Of a DNA stretch of 64,000 nucleotides, positions 23,131 to 35,620 are shown piece by piece. Every line of letters starts with the position of its first letter. The first letter of the stretch is position 1. The notes under the pieces were generated by a model. The model did no database searches and was not told the DNA's origin. It saw nothing but the letters and a program-made list of their open reading frames with translations. Source of the DNA: Macrostomum lignano (Eukaryota). The stretch covers positions 125,353-189,352 of the forward strand of contig NIVC01002257.1 of the NCBI GenBank assembly GCA_002269645.1. The letters are read 5' to 3'. The position numbers and the translations under genes were made by a program.

Positions 23131-24447
23131 AAAGGCCTCTACGCAGATGGACCCAGATTATTGAGCCAATATGGATTCACCATAAAGGTTTATACAGTGT
23201 AGTGTTGGTTGTTCTTGCCACGAGTGTCTTCGACAAGAATCGCTGAATATCTCGACGATGCGGACGTCGGGTGACTTTGAAAGTTAGTTCGTCGGAAAGG
23301 GCGGAAAATTTTGATCCACATGGTGGGCTTTTACGAAAATCGGTGGTCTTTCTACTGTGAATGCTTCTATAGAAGTGAGGTCCCGAATCAAAAATACACA
23401 TTCCGTACAAAAGGCTGTTTTAATTGGCATTCTTGGGTGAGACTGAGACTTTCAGTGCGGAGATAGCGAGAATGTCACTAACTTTTTCCAGAAATAATCT
23501 ATCAGCTTCTTGCACTCCCCAAGACAGAATTGAATGCGGCCCTTATTTGAAGTATTAACTAAAATGGTTGATTTTGACAAGGTCTTTACTGTGATATTGT
23601 TCAGACCCGGTTTGTTTAATTCTTGAAACCCAGATGCTAACAAGTGGTTACGAGTAAACGATAACGAGTTAAACGAGTTGAGTTCCTTTTTGTAAGTGTC
23701 GTGAATTATTTTCTATTTCATGAGAAACTGGTAAAAGATTTTTATATTCAGGGAAAAAACTCCTTAGAATTTCGAGTATGAAGAGAAGCTGTGTATACTT
23801 AATTGAAAACAATTTAAAAGCAATATGCGAGCATTGCGAGCAATATGTAAAAGCATTGTAAATACAGACTGCCTTAACTTACTCGGCCTCGGACTACAAA
23901 GATCATGGCTTCAAGTAGATGACGGTCAGAAACTTCTTGAAATTTAGACTGTTTATACTCGTATAAATACTTGGATTACAACTGTGTAAATATTATTTTT
24001 TCATTAGTGGTCCTTAGTTTTCACTCATAGTATCTTAACTAAAAAATTACTACTTGTAGAATGTACATACACACAAGTTTGAGCATTAACAAGCTTTTTT
24101 ACTAAAACTCGTTATAAAAATTATAAAAATATAGCACGACACTGGCTGCACTTACATATCTCCGTTGCCGCTCGTAGCGGCGGCAGCAACCAAATTTTGA
24201 CTGCTGGCTTGACTTGAAACGATAACTTGTTATGTCTCTAGCGCTAAATCTGTAAGAGAGAGAAGAATGGATTGATATTCATAGGAAAGATAAATTGTTT
24301 GGAGTAGTACGTGTACAATACATCATTGTCTAATAGCGGTAGTGCCTTTGGAAGTGGTTCTAGTGTCGAGTTGTGAGTTATTGTGTAACTAAAGAGCTAT
24401 TATTCCAAGTAGCTTTGCTGCAGCAGCAGCAGTAGGAAGTATTAGTT

Positions 24448-24935
<488 letters not shown>

Positions 24936-25709
24936 TTATAATCCTGAGACTTACACACTAGAGTAGCGTTTGTAGTGGCTCAAACTTACAAAATGTAAGA
25001 GCTTGAACTTGGTCGTACCGCGGACACTACTTGATTTTCGAGACGAGCTGCGACTTTAATAGCAATTTATCAAAAGGAAGTTCCCTTTTCATTGTACAGT
25101 TACTTACGGAAAAACCCGGGAAAATTCTCGGGTATTCTATCGTTCGAATACAATTGCCTGACTGCTTCTGACTGGATCCGCCACTGCTCTTGAACATGGA
25201 TATTGAGCGCCCACTGCTCTTAGGGTAGAGTAGACTGCATGCGGGTGAAGAAGGATTAATCATTTTTCGTTCTATTGATTTCTACTTTATCCAATGCAAT
25301 GAAATTGGCCTGGGCTTATCGCCACAACCCTTGACGGCCAAATCCTACAAGGGCCAAACTGGCATGTGCAAAGTTTTCAAGGGATTTTAAATTGACGAAG
25401 TTCCCTTTATTTTGTACAGTGGCTGGGTGTACATTAGAAAACAAAACAAATGAGATTCCACATCGTTTTACTCTCATAAGCTCTTACATTGAATACGAGT
25501 ATTTTACTCTGAATAGATTAGTTATGCGACGTAAGGACGAGAATCACGAAATCGAATTCTTTAGACATTAAAAGTACATGTACATGTAGAGCATATGCTA
25601 CTTCTAAGGTAAATGTGAATAAAAAAATTAAAAACAAATAATAAAATCCTCGAACAATGGACAAAAATGGACAAAAACAATGCCTTAAATATGCATAAAA
25701 AGTCAGGTA

Positions 25710-25956
25710 GGTGAGTTCGACGGCATAGGAGGAGAACTCGACAATGCTCTGGATAGTCTGAGCGATTCGGTGATATACATGTACAGTCGCCGGTTTATTC
25801 ACGGTCGCCGAAAGTATGGTTAAGAATATGGAGATCGCGATGAAGTTCGTCAAGGAGAACGATAGGCCGAGAGAGGAGCAGGAAAGCCTGCGAAAAAGAA
25901 ATGGATAGGAGCTAGAAAGACATCGTGCTTCTGGCGATGCAGCTCCCAAGAAGTAG
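25710..25956 (+). pseudogene. pseudogene fragment paralogous to the C-terminal half of the 5532-9888 gene
   Basis: Translates GEFDGIGGELDNALDSL...(frameshift)...VAGLFTVAESMVKNMEIAMKFVKE...EQESLRKRNG*EL versus GEFDDQRGKLDDALRDL...ITGLFTVTEKMVENMEIALRIFKE...QESMRQRNEEL at 9499-9830. Confidence 0.82.
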
Positions 25957-27469
25957 GGCTGAGTGATATTCTGGCGGCGACACATGTTTACTGATAAGAT
26001 TTGGCTTACAAATTTATTTTTAATAAAATTTCTCAAGACTGTATACGAACTATTAATTAGTTTTTACGTGTTTCTGGAGGCTTTTGTTTCTGCTGTGCTG
26101 TTATTTGTATCATGCATCATGAACCAGCTGAATTTTATTTTTACTGATTTTTTTCTTGCATGCGTCTTGAAAAACACTGTATTACAATGAGTACGAGTAT
26201 AACAGTGACGGTTCCCTAAAACAGTTCAGCCCCCAAAACTGTTATTAGTTAGTTTTTTTATATTTTCGCATGTGCCTGCAAAGCTTAATGAAATATAATC
26301 CTCATTTAATTGATAGGTTGGAGTAATTAATGACAAACCTTTTTGCTCGTCAGTATATGAAGGCTAACCACAAAAGTTAAGGCAAAGCAAAGGTTGCAAC
26401 ATGGATAGCTCAAAACCATTAATGCAACATACAAAAAGCGGATTATCAGATCTCAAGCGTCAAACTGCCATTAGTGTCATAGTAACATTAAAAATATGAA
26501 GAATTGACTTGTGACAGAAATTGGTAGAAAATTTGATCTATAAACTGATTATGAAGTTAAAGCTTTTAAAAGTGACCGACCATCTTTTTCTGCCATGTGA
26601 AACTTCGAGCTAGAGTTAATTAGGTCGAGCTTGTGTCGTATGTAGTTTTGAGCCTGTACTGTGTGAAGCTTTGAGCTAAGGAATTTTACTTCGGCGATGT
26701 GAAATTTTCAGCTTGTGAAATCAACATAAATTCATAAGTTGTAATTTCCAGAAATTTTGTAATTATACATTTAAACCCAACAATCAGCTAACACGCAACG
26801 AAAAAGGGGAATGGCATCTGACTGCTCGATTAATTAACAAATTGGTCGAGCTAATGTGTAAACCCATACATGCTTGGTCGAAGTTTGAACCTCAATATTA
26901 TTAACGAAGCAGCCGTAACCAAGACAGATAGGACCGCAGTAGTTGCGCCACCGACCGTGCACGCTTGCGCACACTTTGGACTTACAGTTTAAAAGCTTTA
27001 TCTTTAAAACAAAGTAAACACTTTTCTGCTTCGGAGTTTAGAATACTTATTTATTATTTCAGTAATAAAGTGGATTTATCATGTATTCACTTGCGATTAA
27101 TAAGGCGTATTGAAATTTAAAGGTTCAGCATTAAAAAGTAAGTTTTTTTAAAACGAAGCTTTCATCGAAATGATCCCACCTCATGGAGTCATGGGCCACG
27201 CGTGCGTGACATAATACATGTAGTCACAAACCTAGATTGTAAACTGCGACTCTGCACCACACGCTAAGACTGCCACCTTTCTTACTGTACTGCTGTGCAG
27301 CCGTACTGACTATTCATGTATTGAGAAAGGCTTCCACGTTCCACTCTTATTATACGGAGTTCAGTGGCTACTGGCTGTGGCCCAGCACCAAGCAGTCGCA
27401 GACAACAGTGGCAAGCAAAACAAAATCGAGAAAGAAACTTCATAACATACAAAATATTACTATTCAACG

Positions 27470-30400
27470 GATATAGTGACCTTCAGTATTTCAGTTAAAA
27501 CATTTTATCCCCAGGGACCTGGGATTCTTTGCTTAACTTCCTAAATAAGTAATTTATTTACTATATACACCTATGCTATGACTATATAAATAACAAAGCT
27601 GTAAAAAGCAAAATGGCTATATTTTATGTTTTTACAGTCATAAGAAAATATTTCATTAATGAATTGATACTGAGTTTTAGTTAGTTATAAATGGTGTATG
27701 CAAGGGAAGGGGCCAAGGCCAAGGGGCTATGCTATGCCTTTTCCAATTGCTTAGGGGATAAGAAAGGTTTGTGGTATGGCAGCCAGCAGGCTGAGTACCA
27801 CTTTCCACTGTTCTCCACCTTTTACTGTCCTGCCAGTACATGAAAAAAGCTCTTTTATAGTTGCACCTCCCCAAAAGTCCTTTATTGTTGTATTAATAAT
27901 GGTCTGGTCTTCCAATGGAAAATCCTATATATACCAACATATTAAATTGTTTTTTTAATTTTAATTAATATAAATATTTTTATAGCCTCATGATGAATAA
28001 AGCAAGAAGATGGCTTTTTTGTTATATAGCAGATAATTGGATTAATCTATGATCTAGCAGATTAGTAGCCAATTTCACCCTTAGCATAAATTTGCAGATC
28101 TAGTTATATAGATTGATACTTAATTTGATGTACCTTGCAAAGGCCAACCAGGATTCAATTGATTGGTTGGCAGGTAGGCCTAGGCCAAGGTAGACAGTAG
28201 AAAGGTTGAAGGCAAGGAGGCTAAATAGCTAAGGGGCCTGCAAGCTTAGAGTAAGAAAGTGCAGGGTTTTCTTTTTGTCCAGACAAAGATAAGATGCAAA
28301 ACCACACCCTATGCTCACTTTCATGGTGCAATTTTAAGACTCAGAGTGCAATTTCTCTTATTTTATAAAGGCAGTACAAATAAGACTTCAGTGGAAAAAT
28401 AGGTTATGAGTGTATATGCACATTCTGCGCGCAAAAAATAAACCTAAATAAAGTGAGAAGTGCAGCAAAGAGGCAAAGGGAAAGAGCAGCTGCTGACTGC
28501 TTAAAGAATATAAGTAATGGTATATATGTGAGATAAGGAGATACAATGAATATGCTTCTACAAATGACATTGCCATAGCTTTTTGTTACAGGCATCTTTA
28601 TTCTCTGATTATAGATCCCACTGATGTCACCAGCTGTTACAGGTGTCTTTGTTCTCTGAAATCTTATAGATCCCATTGATGCCACTAGCTGTGATAGGTG
28701 TTATTTCTATCCTCTAAAACAATCCTATACCAATTTAACCACCAAAGTTGGCCTACTATTAATGTGTCTAATTATTTTATTTCTTAGAATCAGTTGGCTT
28801 AGTGCATTTCTGGGTAGCATTCTATGTATAATTCTGGTAGCATCTAATGTCTAATTCTAGAAGCATCTAATGTATTAAAGGGTCTGAGCAGTCTAGTACT
28901 GGTATAGATATATGTCCAATTGGGCATTACCAAGATCAGAGTGTCACAGCAAAAACTCTCAGTATTCCTTTGTATAATTCTCCAACTCCTACTCTTAATA
29001 ACCCTTCTATACTATTCTTAAGTTGGGCTTTGAAATAAAAAACACTTGACTTTGAACTCTGAGTATTTGAATTGAACCACTAGAGACTTTTAGCTCATGA
29101 ATAGGTTGCTTTATTTGTTGCAAAAAGCACTCCCATAAATAGCAGATTTTCCTTTACTCATTAAAACAAAAAATAATTCAGCTTTTTATTCAGAAAGTCT
29201 AATAAAAAAACTTAATTTTGGTATCATGCACAAATTCAACTTCCTAATAAAAAGTAGAATATTATTAGTGCTACTTAAAAAATTCTATTCTAGACTAAAA
29301 ACTAAGTGAAAAAGAAATTTATAAATATCAACTAGTGTATAGTCTAAACTATTTTAGCTAGCTGACTAAGATGCAAAATTATACTTTTAGTTGCCTTCAA
29401 ACTTGCCTTGCTCTATCTTTTTTTTCTTTACTATGCTTTTCCCTATCATACTATGCTGTTTTACTGCTAAATTGCACTATACCATTCCATACTACTAGAT
29501 ATACTATACTATATTGTATTGTTACTAGGCTGCTATACGCTAGATATATCAAAACTGCCTATGTATATACACTGCAATTGTGCTTAAATCTTATTTGTGC
29601 TTTTAAATTAATGTTAAAATATCTTGTTCAATGACTAGGAACTAAGACTTTTATCTCCCTTAGCAAAAATGATCTATAGTGCCTAATCATATTAATATTA
29701 TTGATTTTGGATATTGAAGTTCTGGCTTATGATCCCATAAAAAATACATCAACTATTCTAACTATGTTAAGCTATTCATGGCCACACTAGTTTGAAACTA
29801 AAATAGTGTCAAAGCTTATTGCCCAAAATAGTTATATAGATTGATGACATTAGCCCCCTTAGTATGTTATCTATGGCATAAGTTTTTTATATTCTATTTA
29901 TATAGGCTCAATAATTTAGTTTTATTGTCAACTCCAAAGTAAAAAAGGCTAATGAACTAGCATAATTCTAACTAATATATCACTTTTAAATTTAATTAAT
30001 TCATTATAATAATTTTCAATAACTTATACAATTGTCCCTTATAGTTATGAACAATTTTTTGCCTATTTTTAGTAGCCTTTTAAATTTTTTAAGAATGTAT
30101 GAGCTACAAGTATCAAGTGCATTTATAATGCACTTCATGTCCCCCTTCAAATGGGAGCCGCAACAAGTACATGTATAGTAAAACAGTTTAAATATCAATA
30201 AACTATTTATATAAACAGTATGCTTCAGCTCTAATGCCAGTATTGAAAATTTAAAGCCTTTGCAAACTTTCCAATTATATACTCTATTTTTGTAGATACA
30301 TTCTAGACATTCTAGATTATAATATTCTAGATAATTAAAAATAAGCATAAGCTTATTTTGTTTTAATATTCTTAGAAAGTCCTTTTAGGTTAAGGACTTG

Positions 30401-30977
30401 TGCAAAAATATTTTTGCTACTATGTATATGCTATGTGTTTGAAATAATTGGGGCTGAAGACTAAAATTAAGATAAATATTTTCACTTCCAATGCAAGGAA
30501 CTCTCAAGTCCCTAGGGTCAGAGACTCCAGAAGCAGAAATTTTCTATGCCATATGCACATGGTATGGTTAGGGTGGTAGGGTAAAGTTATGAATCCTTGG
30601 AAAACTTAGGATAAATGCAGTCTATCTGCAATGTCTTCTTGTACAACAGGGCTAGCTGAGTGTTGGTTCAGTCACTTCCAAGTACTGAGCATCTAAAAAG
30701 GGGATGAGTAGCTTGTATTGAGTAACAAGTACTTTTCAAGTCTTTTATACAACATATATTGCACAAATACAATACAATAAGCAAAATCAAAAAGTTTACT
30801 GAGCTGTATAGCTATTTTAAAAATTTTCAACTTCACAGGAAAAATCACTTCTTTTGAAAGTAGATTTCCTGCCTTTTCCAAGGAACAAAAACTGTGAAAT
30901 TTACTTTTGGAAGTTTCAATTCTTTTGACATCAAAACTTGTTGCAAATTGATTATAATTAATTACTCATCTAATACT
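27470..30977. other. CpG-depleted tract (CpG desert)
   Basis: By-eye scan finds only 4 CpG (28428, 28430, 29538, 30159) in about 3.5 kb. GpC is common, and similarly AT-rich flanks contain frequent CpG. Confidence 0.85.
28580..28700 (+). repeat. short ~52-55-bp tandem duplication (~2.3 copies)
   Basis: gttacagg..tcttt.ttctctga...ttatagatccca.tgatg.cac.agctgt repeated. Confidence 0.65.
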
Positions 30978-31227
30978 CGTCAAAACTCTATTATAAACAA
31001 GCACCAAGTATCCCAAGTACCTAGTACTGAGTACAGGTGAAGGTCTTCTTGTGGAATTAAGACACATTTAGAAGCTCAATACATGTGCGTATATAAAACA
31101 ACAACAACAAATAAAAGTTAATTGAGAACATTTTTACAACTAAAACCCCGCGCACTTTACAGCAGTTCAATAGCGCTATTCAGAGCCTGCTCAACTAAAT
31201 AATAATAACAATAGTAATAATATCCAA

Positions 31228-34200
31228 ATGGCCAAAGCGCACCAGCTTGACGCAAAGCTGCGCACTCAAGACGTTGCCCAGGGCGACGCGGCCAACTTTG
31301 CCGATTTGCTACTGTCCGAGCCTGTGCTGGCCGGCCTGTCCGAGGCTGGCTACCGGACACCGTCGCCAATCCAGCTGAAGGCCATCCCGCTGGGCCGGTG
31401 CGGCCTGGACCTGGTAGTGCAGTCCAAGGCGGGCACCGGCAAGACCTGCGTGTTCGCCGTGTTGGCTCTGGAATCGCTGGCGCCAGATTTTGCTAACAAC
31501 CACCGCCAAGGCGAAGTTGTCGCTGGCGTGCGAGTTCTGGCTCTGTCGCCCACTCGCGAAGTGGCTCTGCAGAGCCGGCGGGCTATCGAGACCATCGGGC
31601 AGCGTCTGGCTGGACTGCGCTGCGGCCTGTTCATCGGCGGCCTCGGCGCCGGGGTCAAGGAGGCTGAGGCTGAGGCGGCGGTCTGTCAGGTTGCCGTGGG
31701 CACGCCCGGCCGCGTACGGCAGCTCATTGAAGCCGGCTGTCTGAAGACTGACAGAGTCCGCATGCTGGTGCTCGACGAGGCGGATGCACTGCTTAATGAG
31801 TCTTTTCAGCAGGATATTAAGTGAGAGTTGCTTATTTGCTACTTGTTAGTAGGCTAGCATTTCTTGATAGGGTAACTTGATTCATGGATCTTGATGTAGC
31901 ATACTTGGAGAATCCGCCTCCCCTTCCTTTGGGGGGGGGGGTATAACCCCCAAAAAGATTTTAAGATGGAAAATTCCCTCTCAGATCAGATGAAGAATCC
32001 CCCAGATTCCCAGATGAAAAAAACCCCCAGATCCCAGATGAAGAATCGCCCCAGCTTTCCAGATGAAGAATCTCCCCAGATTCCGCAGATGAAAAAATCC
32101 ACCAAATAGACCTAACAGATAAAGAAATCCCCCGATTCCAAGATAAATAATCGCCCTAGATTGCCAGATGATGAATCTCCCCAGATTCCCAGATAAAGAA
32201 TCACCCCAAATTCCCAAATGAAGAAATCTCCCAGATTCCCAGATGAAGAATCATTCCAACTTTTCGAGCACTGCATTCCCACCTTCCTCCCACTCACTGA
32301 TTGCCAACCCCCACTTGCCCTTGTTTGCAGCTGTATCTACTGGAAGCTGCCGCAGAACAAGCAGGTGCTGGCCCTGTCGGCCACCTACCCGGACTCCATG
32401 GCCCAGCAGCTGTCGATGTACATGCGCGATCCAACGCTGGTCCGTCTAAGCGGCGGCCAACTGCTTGGCGTTCGACTCTACTGGCACTCCGTGCCGGACA
32501 GCCACCTGCCTAATCTTGTGCTCGAACGGAAAGCTCGAATACTTGGCGACTTATTAGCCCAGGTGCAGTTCGGCCAGTGCCTGGTGTTCTCCAACTATCA
32601 GGAGCGGGCTAGGGAGCTGTGCCAGCGGCTTGAGGCAGCCGGCTGGCCGGTGGCCTATCTGGCTGGCCGGCTGCAGCAGTCCGAGCGAATCGGGGCCTAC
32701 GATCGGCTGCGCGACTTCCGCTGCCGAGTTCTGGTTGCCACCGACGTGGCCGCCAGAGGCGTCGATGCGGAGAATGTCGATCTGGTGGTTAATTTGGATC
32801 TGCCAAGGTAAAATACAAGTGCTTGTGTAATATCTGACTCACTTTTCTATTGTACAATAGTTTAAGGCAAAGATCCATATTCATACTACTTACGTCGTAA
32901 TTAAGTCGCTTAAATTCAAACCCCAAAAATGATCTTTTCAAAACTGTTTTGAAACTGTAATAAAATCTGGAGAGTTCTCCATTTTAGAATCTATTTAAAG
33001 AGGATTCTCCATCTGTTAATCTAGGGGGAATTCTTCATCTGGAAATCTAGGCGATTCTCCATCTGCGAATCTAGGGGGGATTCTCCATCTGGGAATCTAG
33101 GGGGATTCTCCATCTGGGAATCTAGGGGGTTTCTCCCTCTGGGATCTAGGGGGTTTCTCCATCTGTGAATCTTAGGGGGTTTCTCCATCTGGGAATCTAG
33201 GGGGTTTCTCCATCTGGGAATCTAGGGGGTTTCTCCATCTGGGAATCTAGGGGGGATTCTCCATCTGGGAATCTAGTGAGATTATTCATCAGAAAAACTA
33301 GGGAGATTATCTATCTGAAAATCTAGGAGGATTCTTCCTAGGAGGGATTCTCCATCTGGGAATCCAAGGGTGATTCTCCATCTGGGAAGCTTAGGGTGAT
33401 TCTCCATCTGGGAATCTTAGGGTGATTCTCCATCTGGGAATCTAGGGTGATTCTCCATCTGGGAATCTTAGGGTGATTCTCCATCTGGGAATCTAGGGTG
33501 ATTCTCCATCTGGGAATCTATTGGGATTCTGCAATAGGGAATCCGTAAAGCACCGACATAGTGAAAGTCTAAGGTGTACTTAACTGAAAGTGTTGAACAC
33601 TCGCTCCAACAACTAAAGCTACATGTACTGAAGATACTTCTGATACTAGCTTAACCCATTTGGCCGCCAGGGACCACCGCACTCTGTTGCACCGGATCGG
33701 CCGGGCTGGCCGCTTCGGCAGCTACGCGGCCGCCGTCAGCCTAGTCGGCGACGGTCCCGAGCTCCGGCAGCTGCACGAGTTCGAGCGCCTCGCCGGCCTC
33801 CGCATGTCGCCGCTGCCGGAGCCGCCGCCGTCGGATTTGGCCAACGCCCCGCCTGTTGGCGACTCGGCCGCGGCCGCTGCCAGCTTCATTGAGGTGGCCG
33901 CCGACTCTGACGACAACGGCGACGACGTTGTGTCAGTGAAATCCGCCGCTCCGACCGATCGGTCGATGTTCGAATCCGACTCGCCAATCAGACCGCCCAG
34001 GCCGCAGAAGCAGTCGGGCGGCAGAAGTGGCAAAGGAAAGCAGAAATTTAAGCGCGGTCGTCAGCACCGACAGGAGGCCGAAGAATTGCCGCAGGCTGAC
34101 GATGCGGACGACTGGGCCGCCTTCGAGGCGTCGGCTGGGGCTGCAGCAGCTTCGTCGGCTGAGGATGCCGAAGTGCTTCGACTGCGAGCTTTGCTGCACG

Positions 34201-34892
34201 GCGGCGCTGGAAGCTCGAGCGAGACGGCTCCGCAGCCGCAGGTTGCACCGCCGGCGCCACAGCCGCAGGTGGCACCGCCAGCGCCGCAGCCAGCAGCACC
34301 TGCGCCCATAGCGAGCGCCGACTTTAGTTGGATTGCTGAAGAATCCAGCGCGCTAGCCGGCCTGCTGAGTGACTGGCTTGATGGTGCGTCGGGCCGTCGG
34401 GATTCTGCGGCTAAGATGCCGGCTGATATGCTAGAAGCCCGGCGCATCATCGACAAGACGGCAGCTGCTAATAATAGAACCCAGAAGTTGCCGCTGGAGC
34501 TGTTGCTATTTCCAGATTCAACTGCAGCTGACTGCCTGCCCGCTGATCGGCTGCTGGCACTCAATAAGCAAATTCAATGCCTTGCGTGCCGGTCTAGTGG
34601 TCATACTGCCGCCCCTACTGAGCCTACTTCCGCCCCTACTGAACCTGCATCCGCCCCTGCTGTGCCTGCATCCGCCCCTGCTGTGCCTGCATCCGCCCCA
34701 GCAACAACAACAGCAGCAGCAGCAGTCTCTAGCGATCCGCTGTCCCCTAGCGATCGTCAGCTGCTGCACGAGTTGCTGGCCGCTGATGCCGAGCTGGAGC
34801 AGCTCAGGCAACTTGTTGACTGGCATCGGCAGAGCTGCGAACGGGAGTGGGCGCTTATGGAGCACCTGCGACAACAGCTTTACGAGTATTAA
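31228..34892 (+). CDS. DDX20: DEAD-box RNA helicase DDX20/Gemin3, 3 exons: 31228-31820, 32331-32807, 33671-34892 (763 aa)
   Basis: DDX20-specific PSPIQLKAIPLGRCGLDLVVQSKAGTGKTCVF, plus PTRE, GG, TPGR, LDEAD, SAT, VATDVAARGVD and HRIGRAGRFG. GT-AG introns restore a continuous frame (DIN|CIY, LPR|DHR), totalling 2292 nt. Long low-complexity C-terminus. Confidence 0.95.
31984..32255 (-). repeat. ~24-25-bp minisatellite in DDX20 intron 1 (cagatgaagaatcccccagattcc), ~11 diverged copies
   Basis: Direct reading. Reverse complement of the intron-2 array. Confidence 0.9.
33000..33530 (+). repeat. ~25-bp minisatellite in DDX20 intron 2 (ctccatctgggaatctagggggatt), ~21 copies
   Basis: Direct reading. 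Confidence 0.93.
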
Positions 34893-35299
34893 GATTATCT
34901 AGTTTTATAAAATTTGCATTTATAATGGACAAGGCATTTGCTAATTATTGGTTTTGATTACAAAAACAATAAATGAAACGGAAATGTAGTGGACTTTTGT
35001 AACTATATAATTCATATCGTCTCTTTGTTGCTACCTAGTGGTGAAACTTTTCATAGAATTTTTATTGTCGAAGTTCATATTGTAGAAAAAATTTCTAGGA
35101 TATCTGTTACCATAACGAAGGTTGGATTCGACTTTGATTAGCTTTTCTAGGGTTGGAGAGAACCAAAAATGTCTGTTGACCTACCCTATTCGAGTGTTTC
35201 GTAGTGCAATCAAAGTTTTTGCTGTCAAATCTTGAAATCCAATTAGCTAGTTATTACGAGCGTACAGAGTTAAAAACACAACACAATCGTAGTTTATCA

Positions 35300-35620
35300 T
35301 TAATTATCAGATCCATAGCCCATTTCTCGACCGTGACTCTCAACTTCCTTCAGATTGCCTGTCCATTCACCTTGTGCCCTGTGTCTGCCCCTTCGTCCTT
35401 CAACACCACCTTCGACCACAGCCTCCAGCACTCCATCACTTCTCGCAACATGCCAGAAGAAGCGGAGAATTTCCTTCTCCGCATATTCTTTTAATTTCCA
35501 TTTTTAATCCTGTCGTTAGTCGTTAGTCGTTCCTTTCAGGAAATGTCCAGCATCCCACTGTAGGTCTTCATCTCGAAGACTCTCGAAAGCAAAAAATGCT
35601 GCTAATGAAATCGGTAGTCA
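35300..35620 (-). mobile_element. 3' fragment of an RTE/BovB-like LINE ORF (different family from 11170-12805)
   Basis: Minus strand translates VFEMKTYSGMLDIS*KER... and EILRFFWHVARSDGVLEAVVEGGVEGRRGRHRAQGEWTGNLKE, matching the RTE C-terminal pattern FEM..YRRMLRISW / LRYFGHV.R...EG.VEG.RGRGR...W..NIKE. Confidence 0.7.

Larger units (their letters stand above)
20597..23133. repeat. large palindrome: near-identical inverted arms ~20597-21245 and ~22625-23133 made of piggyBac 5' coding sequence
   Basis: Arms match base for base over about 500 bp by eye (e.g. tctcagcatcccaggcaccagggtcc vs ggaccctggtgcctaggatgctgaga). Weaker homology continues outside (20405-20520 vs 23215-23330). Confidence 0.88.

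Noticed and set aside
20597-23133. Long inverted repeats as TIRs of a foldback/MITE element
   Set aside because: The arms consist of piggyBac coding sequence; no TTAA or other TSD and no terminal CCC motif at the edges.
25518-26036. 172-aa minus-strand ORF
   Set aside because: Antisense to the + strand pseudogene fragment; no independent coding signal.
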